Shown: positions 51,190-61,355 of the stretch, one piece after another
Layout: every line of letters starts with the position of its first letter
How positions within the stretch are numbered: the stretch's first letter is position 1
Assembly: GCA_965199675.1 (NCBI GenBank)
Contig: CBDATI010000022.1
Coordinates: 47,896 to 111,895, forward strand
Length of the DNA stretch: 64,000 nucleotides
Direction of reading: 5' to 3'
DNA from: Vicinamibacterales bacterium
Lineage (GTDB): Bacteria; Acidobacteriota; Vicinamibacteria; Vicinamibacterales; UBA8438
Made by a program: the position numbers and the translations under genes
The notes under the pieces: model-generated
Database searches by the model: none
Told to the model about the DNA's origin: nothing
Seen by the model: the letters and a program-made list of their open reading frames with translations, nothing else

Positions 51190-51274
51190 GTCACTTCTCT
51201 CTCGAGCGCCGCGGGTCTCGCGAGCGGCCGCCTCCGGGGGCGCCCGCCCGTCTCCGTTCCGGAGGGGGAACCCG

Positions 51275-52405
51275 CTACGGCGTGGTCCCCCACAGCAGCT
51301 CCGACACGAACCCGACGGGGATGCCGACGAGCAGCAGCCCCATCGCCACGAGCAGGAACCGCGAGTAGATGGGCACCTTCAGGGCCCGGTGCTTCAGCTC
51401 CATGCGCACCGCCTCGCGCTCGTCGATAGCCTGGTAGGCGCGCAGCAGGCTGTCCTCGTCGGTCACGTCGAAGTAGTCGCCGCCGTATTCCTGAATCTGT
51501 CCGACGAGCTGGGGGACGGTGGGGTGGAGAAAGCTCGCGGTGCGCGCGTCGCTGGTGTTGATGTAGATGATGTACGGCACGATGTTCCGCTTGTTCAGCT
51601 CCGCGAACTCGGCGTCGGGGAACTCGTCGACGGCCGCGTCGGTGATGATGAGCACCGCCCGGTTCTGGTTCTGGCCGCGGCCCACCGCCGCCTCGTCCTG
51701 GTCGAAGTACTTCACGATGTCCTGCAGGGGGCGGATGATGTTGGTGTCGCCCTCGGCGGGAACGATGCGGACCTTGTCGCGCGGCACCACCATCGCCTTG
51801 TCGAGGCGCTGGGTCATGACGTAGGGCGCGTCCCACACCTGGTAGTAGTACAGCTCGTCGTCCATGACGAAGTCGTCCACCTTGTAGGGATAGGTGGAGA
51901 ACAGCCACAGCGACACGCGGTCGTTCTTGTCGCGCCGCATCTCGAGGAACTCGAGATGGGCGTCGCGGGCCACCTCGGCCTTCGACTTGTTGGTGTCGGG
52001 GAACTCCCACGCCATCGACCCCGACGTGTCGACCAGATCGACCCGGACCCGCGACTCGACGTAGCCGCTGACCTCCTCGGTGGCGGTGAGGAACGGGTCG
52101 GCGACCGAGAACACGAGCAGCGCGAGAGCGCCGGCGGCGAGCGCCTTGGGGGCGGTGTGGAGGACGCGGATCCACAGCCGCTTGCGGTGCCCCGGCTCGA
52201 TGACGTGGCCGGAGTGCTCGCGCACGTGGCGCTTGCTCACGGCGGCCAGCCGCACCAGGGTCACGGCGAGCACGACCCCGAGCACGAGCGCGATTCCCAT
52301 CGCGATGCCGACGTCGCCGTACCGGATCTGCGCGAAGTCGGTCTCGATCAGCTCGCGCACGCCGCCGTCGACGAACATGACGAACTCGGACCAGGGCATC
52401 AGCAT
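51275..52405 (-). CDS. Membrane vWA protein (MxaC/BatA-like)
   Basis: Two N-terminal TMs, ADP, MIDAS DTSGS, DRVSL, GDT, ITD, AIDERE, C-terminal TM. Confidence 0.82.
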   Translation of the reverse strand: MLMPWSEFVMFVDGGVRELIETDFAQIRYGDVGIAMGIALVLGVVLAVTLVRLAAVSKRHVREHSGHVIEPGHRKRLWIRVLHTAPKALAAGALALLVFSVADPFLTATEEVSGYVESRVRVDLVDTSGSMAWEFPDTNKSKAEVARDAHLEFLEMRRDKNDRVSLWLFSTYPYKVDDFVMDDELYYYQVWDAPYVMTQRLDKAMVVPRDKVRIVPAEGDTNIIRPLQDIVKYFDQDEAAVGRGQNQNRAVLIITDAAVDEFPDAEFAELNKRNIVPYIIYINTSDARTASFLHPTVPQLVGQIQEYGGDYFDVTDEDSLLRAYQAIDEREAVRMELKHRALKVPIYSRFLLVAMGLLLVGIPVGFVSELLWGTTP

Positions 52406-52414
52406 GATCTCGTC

Positions 52415-53536
52415 CTAACCCTTCACCGGCCGCGGCGCCGCCATTCCCACCAGCGCCTTCAGGTTGTTCACCATCCGCACGTACGGGCGCAGTCGGTACA
52501 GCGCCTCCCCGAGCAGGCGCGCCTCGCTGGCGGGGTGCTCCACCGGCGCCGGCGCGCCGGTCTCCAGCCCCCGCTGATAGGCCACGAGCCGGCCCGCGAT
52601 CACCCCGAGGGCGCCCTTCCGGTAGCTGTCTTTCAGCCCGTCGACGTGCCGCTGGATGTCGAGGGCGGTGTCGCCGGAATGGAGGGCCGGCAGGTCTGCC
52701 TGCAGGTAGTCGCGCAGGGCCAGCACGAGCGCCCGCTGGCGGTCGGCGAGCTGGTCGGCGGCGACGTCCCGGGGCAGTCTCCGCAGCGCCGCCAGCTCGC
52801 GGCTCACGGCCCGGCGCGCCTCCCAGATCGAGGGGAGGACCGGGATCTGCGCCTCGATGCGGGCCAGCTCGTCCTCTTCCTGCTGCTTCTCGATCGAGAC
52901 CGCCTTCGGCTTGCGGGCGAACCGCACCAGCATCACGAACCAGACGAGCAGCGGCAGGGGGGCGATGCCCCACGCCAGGGTGCGGAAGAACGTCGCGAGG
53001 CCCGAGAACGTGCCGAGCTCGATGGTGTCGCGGATGTCGAGCAGCGGCTCGTCGGTGATCGACGTCACGTAGCGCACCAGCCCCTGCCCCCCGTCGACCT
53101 GCTGGACCTCGGCGTCCTCGATGTCCTCGCCGAGATCCCGCACGAGGTAGTAGAAGCTGAAGCTCGGCAGGGCGTAGGTCATCTTGGTGGGGTCGACGAG
53201 GCGGAACTCGTACACGAAGTCCCACACGTGCGTGTCGTCGATGCGGTCCTTCTCGACCACCAGGGCCGTCGCCTCGAACGGGTGGACCGGCAGCGCCTCG
53301 GGGGTCATGCGGTCTTCGAGGACGATGATCTCCCGGCCGCTCGGGATCAGGTCGGGGAAGCGCAGCCGGTAGCGCTGCGTGATGCGGTCGCCGGTCTTGA
53401 CGACGGTCGGCTCGAGCTCCAGCGTCTCGACCCGCACGAGGCCCTCGCCGGGCGCGCCGGGATCGGGCGGCTGAGCGGCGGACCCCGGCGGCGCGATCAA
53501 GAAGAGGCCGGCGGCGACGGCGAATAGGCGTGTCAT
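52415..53536 (-). CDS. Exported single-TM protein (MxaA/BatD-like)
   Basis: Signal peptide MTRLFAVAAG, TGDRIT, beta-rich domain, TM, helical tail. Confidence 0.62.
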   Translation of the reverse strand: MTRLFAVAAGLFLIAPPGSAAQPPDPGAPGEGLVRVETLELEPTVVKTGDRITQRYRLRFPDLIPSGREIIVLEDRMTPEALPVHPFEATALVVEKDRIDDTHVWDFVYEFRLVDPTKMTYALPSFSFYYLVRDLGEDIEDAEVQQVDGGQGLVRYVTSITDEPLLDIRDTIELGTFSGLATFFRTLAWGIAPLPLLVWFVMLVRFARKPKAVSIEKQQEEDELARIEAQIPVLPSIWEARRAVSRELAALRRLPRDVAADQLADRQRALVLALRDYLQADLPALHSGDTALDIQRHVDGLKDSYRKGALGVIAGRLVAYQRGLETGAPAPVEHPASEARLLGEALYRLRPYVRMVNNLKALVGMAAPRPVKG

Positions 53537-53586
53537 GGTCACCCGATCTTCCCTGCCAGTCTGCGAAGGTCCCGCCCGCGAGACAC

Positions 53587-54504
53587 CTAGCGCGCGAAGC
53601 GCGACATCAGGAACCTGGGCAGCTCCTCGAGGTGGTTCTGCTCGGTCAGCACCACCGAGTCGATGCCCGCCTGGTGTTTCAGCTTGTACTGCAGCGCCGC
53701 CCGCGTCTCCTCGATGCGCCGGCGAATCGCGCCCGCCTTCCGCGCCGATATCACGGTCTGCTTGCGCGTCTCCATGTCCGAGATCCGGATGTAGCCGAGC
53801 CGGCTCCTGACCCGGAACTCGTCGGGGTCGTCGAGGACGAGCACGATCATATCGTGCTTCGCGGCCAGCGTGCTCAGTTGCTTGAAATCGACGGCGTCGG
53901 GGTCGTTGACGAGGTCGACGCCGTCGGTCAGCAGGACAATCGAGTGGCGCATCTTGAGCCGCGCCAGCATGAAGTCGAGGGCGACCTTCAGGTGGGCCCG
54001 CCGCCGGGCCGGGAACTCCCGCTCGAGTTTCAGCTTCTCGAAGATCTTGTACGCCATGTAGAAGACCTGCGAGGTCCCGAGCTTCGGGCGCAGGTAGAGC
54101 TCGATGCGGTCCGAGTAGCCGAGCAGCCCCACCGGGTCGCGCAGGTTGGCGCGGGTCAGCCCGATGTTGCCGAGCAGGTCGAGCATCAGCAGCGCCTTGT
54201 TGGTCTCCTGCGACACCTGGAACAGGGTCGAGTACGACAGGTCGCAGACGATCAGGGTGCGGAGCTCCTTGGGCTCCATCCGCTCGATGCGGTACAGCTT
54301 CTCGGGGTAGGTGCGGAGGCTGAGGCTCCACGCCACGTCCTTCAGGGGCTGGCCCGGCCGCCACTGATCGACGCCGACGATGTCGTAGCCGGTCCCCTTG
54401 AACCCGCTCTTGTGCTCGCCGAAGTGGATGCTGTTGGAGGGCTTGCGGGCCCGGATGCCGTGCTTGATGTCGCGGAACCGGGCGTAGACCTCCTCTACTT
54501 CCAC
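53587..54504 (-). CDS. DUF58 protein (MxaS-like)
   Basis: GEHKSGFKGTG, WRPGQ..VAW, DLSYS, DPVGL. Confidence 0.82.
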   Translation of the reverse strand: MEVEEVYARFRDIKHGIRARKPSNSIHFGEHKSGFKGTGYDIVGVDQWRPGQPLKDVAWSLSLRTYPEKLYRIERMEPKELRTLIVCDLSYSTLFQVSQETNKALLMLDLLGNIGLTRANLRDPVGLLGYSDRIELYLRPKLGTSQVFYMAYKIFEKLKLEREFPARRRAHLKVALDFMLARLKMRHSIVLLTDGVDLVNDPDAVDFKQLSTLAAKHDMIVLVLDDPDEFRVRSRLGYIRISDMETRKQTVISARKAGAIRRRIEETRAALQYKLKHQAGIDSVVLTEQNHLEELPRFLMSRFAR

Positions 54505-55610
54505 GGCGGAACCTCCATGTCCCGCAGGATCTGCTGGAGCAGGTCGTCCTTGTCGACGGAGAACTCCATGCCCTCGCGCAGCACGATGCGGTGGGCGAGC
54601 ACGGGGCCGGCGACCGCCTTGATGTGGTCCGGGGTGATCGCCATGTCGCCGTTGAAGAAGGCGAACGTCCGGGCCACCGCCTCGAGGTGGAAGTGCACGC
54701 GGGGGGAGATGCCCACGCGGATGTACTCCTTGACGGTCCGGGCCGCCCGTCCCATCACCCGGTGCGGCCGGGTGTTCCGGATCAACCGCACCTTGTACTG
54801 CTGCCCGTAGTCCGACATCGAGACGTTGTCGAAGATGTAGCGGGCTATGTCGAGCACCTCGTGGAGGTCGGTCAGCTTCTCGACCTTGCGTCCGACCACG
54901 TTGCGGGCGCTGATGTTCAGCTCGTCCTCCTCGTCCTCGGGGTCGAGCATGTTGATGGACAGGGTCGTGCGGTCGAGCTGGGCCACCGGGTTGGCGAACG
55001 TGCCCTCCTCCTCGCCGAAGATGTTCTCGGTGCAGATGACCATGAAGAAGCGGGGGCCGTCGATGTCGTTGAAGTCGCCCGACAGCGGGAACAGGGGCAG
55101 CATCTTGCCCTCGGCGAGGTTGCCGTAGTCGGAGCTGAGGGTCGCCGAGCTCTCCTCCATGCCCTCGAGCACCGCCGCCTTGGTCTTGCCCGACAGCCGG
55201 TTGTCCTCGTCGATGAGGACGATGTGGGCCATCAGCTTGCCGGGCTTGAACACCAGCTTCCGCGAGCCGTCGGTCTCCTCGACGATCGTCTCATAGCCGA
55301 GGATGTCTTCGGGCATGTACGTCGGCAGGCCCTGGATGCGCTCGAACTTGGCGTCGATGGCCATCGCGCAGGCGCTGACGAGGTCGGTCTTGCCGGTGCC
55401 CGTCGGCCCCCGGAACATCACGTGGGGCTGGCGCAGCAGCTTGCTCTGGCTCAGCTTGTCGGTGTACGGCAGCAACGTGAAGAACGCCCAGGACAGGATG
55501 CGGGCGGCATCGTCGAGGCCGTAGAGCCACTTGGTCGACTCCTTCTGGAACCGCTGGACCACTTCGTTGGCCCGGTCGAAGTCGATTTCGCGCGTCGTTT
55601 GCACGGCCAT
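54495..55610 (-). CDS. MoxR family AAA+ ATPase (MxaR-like)
   Basis: GPTGTGKT, RIQG..MPEDILG, DEDNR, AAVLEGMEE, AQLDR, GISPR, VLAHRI. Confidence 0.9.
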   Translation of the reverse strand: MAVQTTREIDFDRANEVVQRFQKESTKWLYGLDDAARILSWAFFTLLPYTDKLSQSKLLRQPHVMFRGPTGTGKTDLVSACAMAIDAKFERIQGLPTYMPEDILGYETIVEETDGSRKLVFKPGKLMAHIVLIDEDNRLSGKTKAAVLEGMEESSATLSSDYGNLAEGKMLPLFPLSGDFNDIDGPRFFMVICTENIFGEEEGTFANPVAQLDRTTLSINMLDPEDEEDELNISARNVVGRKVEKLTDLHEVLDIARYIFDNVSMSDYGQQYKVRLIRNTRPHRVMGRAARTVKEYIRVGISPRVHFHLEAVARTFAFFNGDMAITPDHIKAVAGPVLAHRIVLREGMEFSVDKDDLLQQILRDMEVPPWK

Positions 55611-55801
55611 GAGTCTGTTCTGCTCTCCCTTTGCATGGTGCGGCGGTGGCGTCCATCGGGGCCGTCGAGTCTCGCGCGCCCGGTCCGCCCGCCGTCGGCA
55701 CCGGCCAGAGGCGCCCGCCTCCGCGAAGCGAGCCCCTAAGTGTGTCCGCACCGCCGCCCGGCGTCAAGGTTCCGGGCGTCTGCGGAGCGCCGTGCAGACG
55801 C

Positions 55802-58150
55802 CTACCGGGGCCCCCCGCCGATGGTCAGTCCCACGTAGTACTCGCGGTCCGGGGAAGGCTCGAAGTAGCGGCTGCCGAACGCGTTGGTGATGGTGGACGA
55901 GTTGTAGATCTCGTTGAACAGGTTGTCGATGCCGAGGAACGGACGGACGTCGACGCCGCCCAGCGTCGCATCGAACCCGAAGCGCAGGTCGACCACCGTG
56001 TACGCCCAGTTGAACACGGTGTTGGCGTTGTCGAGGGTGTAGTCGTCGACCCACCGGACCGTCATGCCCGAGCGCAGGCCGAACGGCGCGGTGTGGTTGA
56101 AGCCGGCGAAGAGGCGGTGCGGCGGCGACCCCGGCTCGACGTTGCCGGCGAAGTCGTTGCCGCCCGGCGCGAACTGCACGAACCTGAAGTTCTGGTACGT
56201 GTACGCGAACCGGGTGCTGAACGCCGGGTCCGGGATCCACTCGAGCAGCAGCTCGACGCCGTCGCGCGACGACTCGCCGGCGTTGCGGAAGAAGACCTCT
56301 TCGGTCGGGCTCTGGAACGAGACGAGGGCGTTGTCGACGGTGGAGACGTACACCGCCGCCTCGTAGCGCAGGCGCGCCGCCTCGGCCAGTCCCCGCACCC
56401 CGACCTCGAAGCTGCGCAGGTCCTGCGGCCCGAGCTCCTGGTTGAACCCGCCCTCGCCGGTCGGGGTGTTCGACAGCTCGACGGTGGTGGGGGTCTCGTA
56501 GGCGGTGGCGAGGCTCGTGAACAGGTTGACGTTGGGGGCGGCGGCGACGGTCATGCCGACCGAGGGGCTGAACGCGTCCATCCTGCGGTCGCCGGACTGG
56601 TCGCCGTCGTCGAGCTTGCGGTCGCCCGCGCGGAAGTCGTAGTAGTCCCAGCGCACGCCGGCCGTGAACCGCACGCGGTCGGTCGGCGAGACGCCGATCT
56701 GGGCGAAGGGGCCGGCCGACCGCACGTCCTCGGTCTGGTCGATCTGCAGGGCGCCGCTCGTCGCGCGCTCGCCGCTCACCTCGGGGGCCACCTGCGAGAA
56801 CTCGCGCCGGTCGTCGTTCTGCGACGCCACGTCGACGCCGGCCGCCCAGTCGATGCCCGCCGCGCCCGCCGCTGCGCCGCCGACGTACTCCGACCGCAGG
56901 CCGCGCCCGTTCCGCCTCAATTCGACGTTGCGGAACGCCCCCACCGCGTCCAGATCCCGCCACATGCCCCAGCCCGTCACCCGGAACATCTGGGTCTCGG
57001 TGAAGCGGTGCTCCAGCGTCACGCCGCCCTGGCCCTGGTTCGCGCCCTCGCCCCAGTTGCGGGCGCGGGCGACGCCGCGGGCCATCCGCCGCCGCATGGG
57101 GTCGCGGGCGTCCTCCTCGTTGAGGAAGCTCGCGCTCTCGGCGAACGGGCTGTCGTAGAGGTTGAACACGCCGCGGATCTCGGTGGCGTCGCCCAGCTCG
57201 CGCCGCACCACGAAGTTGGCCTGGGTGATCTCGGCGTGGCTGTTCTCGCGGAACCCGTCGGTCTCGAAGCGGCTCACGCTCGTCATGAACTGGGTGGGGC
57301 CGTCGCCCCCGGCGTCGATGCGGACCTGCTGCCGGTTGTAGCCGTAGCTGCCGAACTGGACGTCGGGCCGGATGACGAACGGGCGGGAGGTGTCGAACGT
57401 CGTGGTGAGGTTGATGACCCCGCCGGCGGAGTTCCCGTACAGCACCGAGCTCGGCCCCCGGATGACGTCGATGCGGCCGACCGAGCCGAGGTCGACGTTG
57501 CCCGGCTCGGTGGTGCCGTCGGCGGTGGTGATGGGAATGCCGTCCTGGATGAGGGCGAGCCCGCGCAGGCCGAAGCGCGGTTCGGGGGCGCGGATGCTCA
57601 GGCCGATGCCCCCCGACAGGCCGTAGTTGCGCCGGTTCTGCACGAAGAGCCCGGGAATGCCGCGCAGCGCCTCGTCGAGCGACGAGCGCCGCTGGGCGAA
57701 CTCGATCTGCTCGCGCCCGACCACCGCCACCGACTGCGGGACGGTGGCGAGGTCCTGATCGGTCCGGGTCACGGTGACCGTCTCGGTCAGCGGCGCGAGC
57801 TCGAGCCGCAGGTTCGCGGTGGCGACGGCCCCCGCCTCGACCGCCACGAACGCGATCTCGCTGCTGAAGCCCGGCAGCACCCCGCGCACCTGATACCGGC
57901 CGGCGGGGAGGTTCGGGATCTCGTACTCGCCGAACCCGTCGCTGACGCCGGTGTGGCCGCCGCCGCCGGCCTCGGCCACGGCGGTCACCGCCACGCCCGG
58001 CAGCACCCCGCCGCTCTCGTCCACGATCACGCCGGCGATGGCGCCCGAGCCCTGGCCTGCCCGGCTCGTCGACGCCCCGACGGTCAGGAGCATCAGTACG
58101 GCGGCGAGTCGTTCGAGCCGCTGCCAGCCCGGCTGTCTCCGGTTGTTCAT
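55802..58150 (-). CDS. TonB-dependent receptor with N-terminal carboxypeptidase-regulatory-like domain
   Basis: DESGGVLPGV, ETVTVT, plug IDVIRGPSSVLYGNSAGGVIN, DNLFN. Confidence 0.9.
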   Translation of the reverse strand: MNNRRQPGWQRLERLAAVLMLLTVGASTSRAGQGSGAIAGVIVDESGGVLPGVAVTAVAEAGGGGHTGVSDGFGEYEIPNLPAGRYQVRGVLPGFSSEIAFVAVEAGAVATANLRLELAPLTETVTVTRTDQDLATVPQSVAVVGREQIEFAQRRSSLDEALRGIPGLFVQNRRNYGLSGGIGLSIRAPEPRFGLRGLALIQDGIPITTADGTTEPGNVDLGSVGRIDVIRGPSSVLYGNSAGGVINLTTTFDTSRPFVIRPDVQFGSYGYNRQQVRIDAGGDGPTQFMTSVSRFETDGFRENSHAEITQANFVVRRELGDATEIRGVFNLYDSPFAESASFLNEEDARDPMRRRMARGVARARNWGEGANQGQGGVTLEHRFTETQMFRVTGWGMWRDLDAVGAFRNVELRRNGRGLRSEYVGGAAAGAAGIDWAAGVDVASQNDDRREFSQVAPEVSGERATSGALQIDQTEDVRSAGPFAQIGVSPTDRVRFTAGVRWDYYDFRAGDRKLDDGDQSGDRRMDAFSPSVGMTVAAAPNVNLFTSLATAYETPTTVELSNTPTGEGGFNQELGPQDLRSFEVGVRGLAEAARLRYEAAVYVSTVDNALVSFQSPTEEVFFRNAGESSRDGVELLLEWIPDPAFSTRFAYTYQNFRFVQFAPGGNDFAGNVEPGSPPHRLFAGFNHTAPFGLRSGMTVRWVDDYTLDNANTVFNWAYTVVDLRFGFDATLGGVDVRPFLGIDNLFNEIYNSSTITNAFGSRYFEPSPDREYYVGLTIGGGPR

Positions 58151-58674
58151 GGCTATCGTGTCCCCGTTCGGTGCGCTACGGCGACGACGATTCGCGGGCG
58201 GCAGGTCGATCTGCCAAGTGCGGCGTCGCGGTCAGCGATTCTCCCTGACGGCCATGATAGCAACCCGCCGCGCGGACGAACAATGGACTGCGGCCGACCG
58301 GCTCGGGCCTGAACGGGTCACCCGGCTCGGCTGGCTCGCCGCGCCGAGCGATTGCGGCATTATTTGTTTGACCTGATGGAGTTGTCGTCCGTACATCTGC
58401 CCGGGAAGGGGTCGGCGCCGACGACCTGCAGGCCCCGCGGGCCTGGGGTCAGGAGGGGGACCGCCGGACGAAATCGCGCCGAGCGCCCCGACGCCACCCT
58501 CGAACGGGAACCGCCCGGTGCTTCAGCGACGATTACGTCGCGCGACCGCTTCTGGCAGAAATTCGCCCGGACGTTGTCGGAGAACAGCCTGCCCGGAGTC
58601 TCTGTCGAGGCTCCGGGCAGGTCGGATCGGTGGGGATCGGAACCGCGGGCGGCGAACTCCGGGCAGGTCCCGGT

Positions 58675-60855
58675 CTACTCCGCCAGCGGGTCGGGGCGCA
58701 CCTGGAACTTGAGCATGCCTGGCTTCACGCCGCGGCCGCCCTCGATGTGCCAGGTGGCGGCGGCGCCGTAGGTGGCCCACACCCCGCGTCCCTTCCAACC
58801 GGCGTCGGGGTCGTCGATGCGGCCGTCGAGGCCGCGGGTAAAGAAGCCCTGCGGATACGGCACGCGCAGGACCGTCCATTCGCGGGTTTCCGGATCCAGG
58901 GCGAGCAGCGAGTCCGAGTTCGACCCGGTGGCGATGGGGACGTCGCGGCCGAGCCCGAGCGTGTTCCACTGGTCGACCCAGTTGTAGTAGTGGTAGTCGG
59001 CCCGCACCGGGGGGTCGGTGCCGGCGATCACCGGGCCGGGGGTCGGATACAGCGTCCAGCCGTCGACGCAGTGGCGGCCGTCGGCCGTCTCCGGGCCGTT
59101 GTGGACGGCGCACTTCGTGCGGTCGAAGCTGGCGAGGTGGCTCGAGCCCGAGAGGGCGGTCCAGACGACCCCGTTGCGGTCGATGTCGAGGCCGCGCGAG
59201 CCGAACCCGATCTTGTCCCTCGGCGCGTTCGGATCGAGCGCCGACGGCACCTCGTACATCTCGGTGACGCAGGTCTCGGGCGGGTCGTCGCCCACGTGCA
59301 GGCGGGCGAGCCGCCCCGGGAACCGGGTGGAGCTGATCCAGACCACCTTGTCGTCGGTCGGATCGCCGATGACCCCGTAGCTCCCGACCACGACCCGGGT
59401 GTCGAGGGCGGGGTCGTGCTCGGCCGGCCGTCGGCCGCGGGGCGGCTCGTTCCACGGTTTGGTGACGACGCCGTCGCCGTTGGTGTCTAGGACCGTCGGG
59501 CACCAGCCCTGCGCGGCCACCTCGTCGCCCGTCTCGTCCCACAGCTTCGTGTCGATCCAGCCGATGACCTGCCCGCCGCCACTGAAGTACAGCGTGTCGT
59601 TCTCGTCCTCGGCGAACTGCAGGTGGTGGGTGCCGAAGCAGGTGTCGACCATCACGAACTCGCCGGTGTCCGGCTCGTAGTAGACGGCCGAGCGGAACCC
59701 GTTGTCGAGGGGGAAGTAGCGCGCGAACGGGTTGTCCGACCCCTCGCGGCAGTAGTCGGGATTGGCCCGGTTGCGGATGGCCGAGGTCATCCACACCCGC
59801 CCCTTCTGGTCCATCATCGGGTTGTGGGGGTTGGCGGGGTCGTTCCAGATCAGCTCATCGCCGAAGAAGCGCGACGGGGCCGGCATCGACATCGCGATCA
59901 TGCCCGGCACCGTGGCCGGGTCGACCCGGAGCGGCACGTCGAGGCTCGTCGCCACGTTGGTGACCGGGTCGAGGATGGTCAGCGCGTCGTTCGAGATGTT
60001 GACCCCGTAGACGGGGCCGTTCGCGTTGATCTCGGGGTTGCGCTTGTCGGTGGCGATCTCGTCGTGGATGTAGTCGATGTCGGTGCCCCATTCCCACATC
60101 GAGACGACCACGTTCCGCTCGATCCCGGCGGGGCGCGGCGGCGATGCGGGCACCGCGCCGGCGGCGATGCGGTCGCTCCAGTCGGCGAACATCTGCAGGC
60201 CGCGCGCCCGGCCGAACCGGTTCATGACGTTGGTCATCTGGCCGCCGCGCTGGCCCATCTGCACCCGGTGGTCCCACGCCGCGAGGCTCGAGTCGAACTG
60301 CGCGAGGTTGTCGATCTCGCGGATGATCCGGTTGCCGAGCTGGTGGCAGAGCATGCACCCCTGCTTCTGCACGTCGAGCCACTGGTCCTGGTGCTGCAGG
60401 TTGGCGGAGATGCCGTTGCCGTCGGGCCCCGTGCCCGGGAACTCGGCCTGCGCGGGCGGGCGGATCAGCGAGTACCAGTAGTTGGCGGGGTAGACCGCCG
60501 CGGCCTCGCCGGGGGTTTCGGCGACCGTTGCCGAGAGGTCCACGGTGTCGCCGGGCGACGCCTGCACGGGGGCGGAGTCGACGAGGCCGTAGCCGCGGAC
60601 CCACACGTCATAGGCGGCGTCCGGGAGGTCCGGGATGAGATAGCGGCCGCCGTCGCCGGTCACCACGCTCTTCACGAACTTCGTCGGCAACCCGGTGGTC
60701 TCGGCGATCACCCAGACCCCCTCCTCGGGGCCGTTCGCGCTCGTCACGACGCCGCCGATGTCGTCCTCGGCGGCGCGCACGAACGCGGCGAACGAGACGA
60801 GCGCCGCCGACACGAGCAGCGCGACGGCCAACGCACCTGCAAAGCGGTTTCTCAT
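58675..60855 (-). CDS. Secreted protein: carboxypeptidase-regulatory-like domain, monoheme c and beta-propeller
   Basis: Signal peptide, GVWVIAET, single CMLCH, propeller-like DQKGRVW and DRNGVVW, His motifs IHD, PHN and THH. Confidence 0.8.
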   Translation of the reverse strand: MRNRFAGALAVALLVSAALVSFAAFVRAAEDDIGGVVTSANGPEEGVWVIAETTGLPTKFVKSVVTGDGGRYLIPDLPDAAYDVWVRGYGLVDSAPVQASPGDTVDLSATVAETPGEAAAVYPANYWYSLIRPPAQAEFPGTGPDGNGISANLQHQDQWLDVQKQGCMLCHQLGNRIIREIDNLAQFDSSLAAWDHRVQMGQRGGQMTNVMNRFGRARGLQMFADWSDRIAAGAVPASPPRPAGIERNVVVSMWEWGTDIDYIHDEIATDKRNPEINANGPVYGVNISNDALTILDPVTNVATSLDVPLRVDPATVPGMIAMSMPAPSRFFGDELIWNDPANPHNPMMDQKGRVWMTSAIRNRANPDYCREGSDNPFARYFPLDNGFRSAVYYEPDTGEFVMVDTCFGTHHLQFAEDENDTLYFSGGGQVIGWIDTKLWDETGDEVAAQGWCPTVLDTNGDGVVTKPWNEPPRGRRPAEHDPALDTRVVVGSYGVIGDPTDDKVVWISSTRFPGRLARLHVGDDPPETCVTEMYEVPSALDPNAPRDKIGFGSRGLDIDRNGVVWTALSGSSHLASFDRTKCAVHNGPETADGRHCVDGWTLYPTPGPVIAGTDPPVRADYHYYNWVDQWNTLGLGRDVPIATGSNSDSLLALDPETREWTVLRVPYPQGFFTRGLDGRIDDPDAGWKGRGVWATYGAAATWHIEGGRGVKPGMLKFQVRPDPLAE

Positions 60856-60970
60856 GGCTGCCTTCCGTTTCCTGGGACCCGGGGCCGAATCGCGCGTTCC
60901 GCCCCGGGCGCCCGTCGTCACCTCGCGACCCCGCAAGCCGGCGGGAATCCGCCGGTTCCTCCTGCTTGTC

Positions 60971-61355
60971 CTACTTGCGGGTCGCCTTCCAGTCGCCGGT
61001 GCCGTACCAACTGAAGCTGCCCGGGGCGCCCTGGATGGTGTCGCCCACGGAGCTCGCCCTCGAAGTCGATGGGCTGGTCGCCGTCGAGGTCGGGCACGAC
61101 GATGACGAACGTCAGCTTCGCGCCCTCGACGGCGCCGTCCACGTCGAGGATCTCGTTGTCGCCGAGGTCGATCTCGCCGCCGAGCCTGTCGCCGTCCTGC
61201 TCGAACCGCGCCTGCCACGTCGTCACGCCGGTCTGCGTCGTCAGCCGGATCTCCCAGTCGCCGGTCACGTCGGCCTGGGCGTGCGCGAGCGTCAGGCCCG
61301 CCGCGCCCGCGACGAGCGTCGCGAGGGCCGCCATCACTCTCAATCTCGACATCAT
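60971..61355 (-). pseudogene. Small secreted beta protein with an apparent 1-nt frameshift
   Basis: MMSRLRV..ADVTGDW..IDFEGEL. Removing one base near 61047 gives GDTIQG..GDWKATRK*. Confidence 0.6.

Noticed and set aside
58151-58674. Cobalamin riboswitch upstream of the TonB receptor
   Set aside because: Only a short GACCTGCC match; the other conserved elements are not visible. An Infernal scan would settle it.
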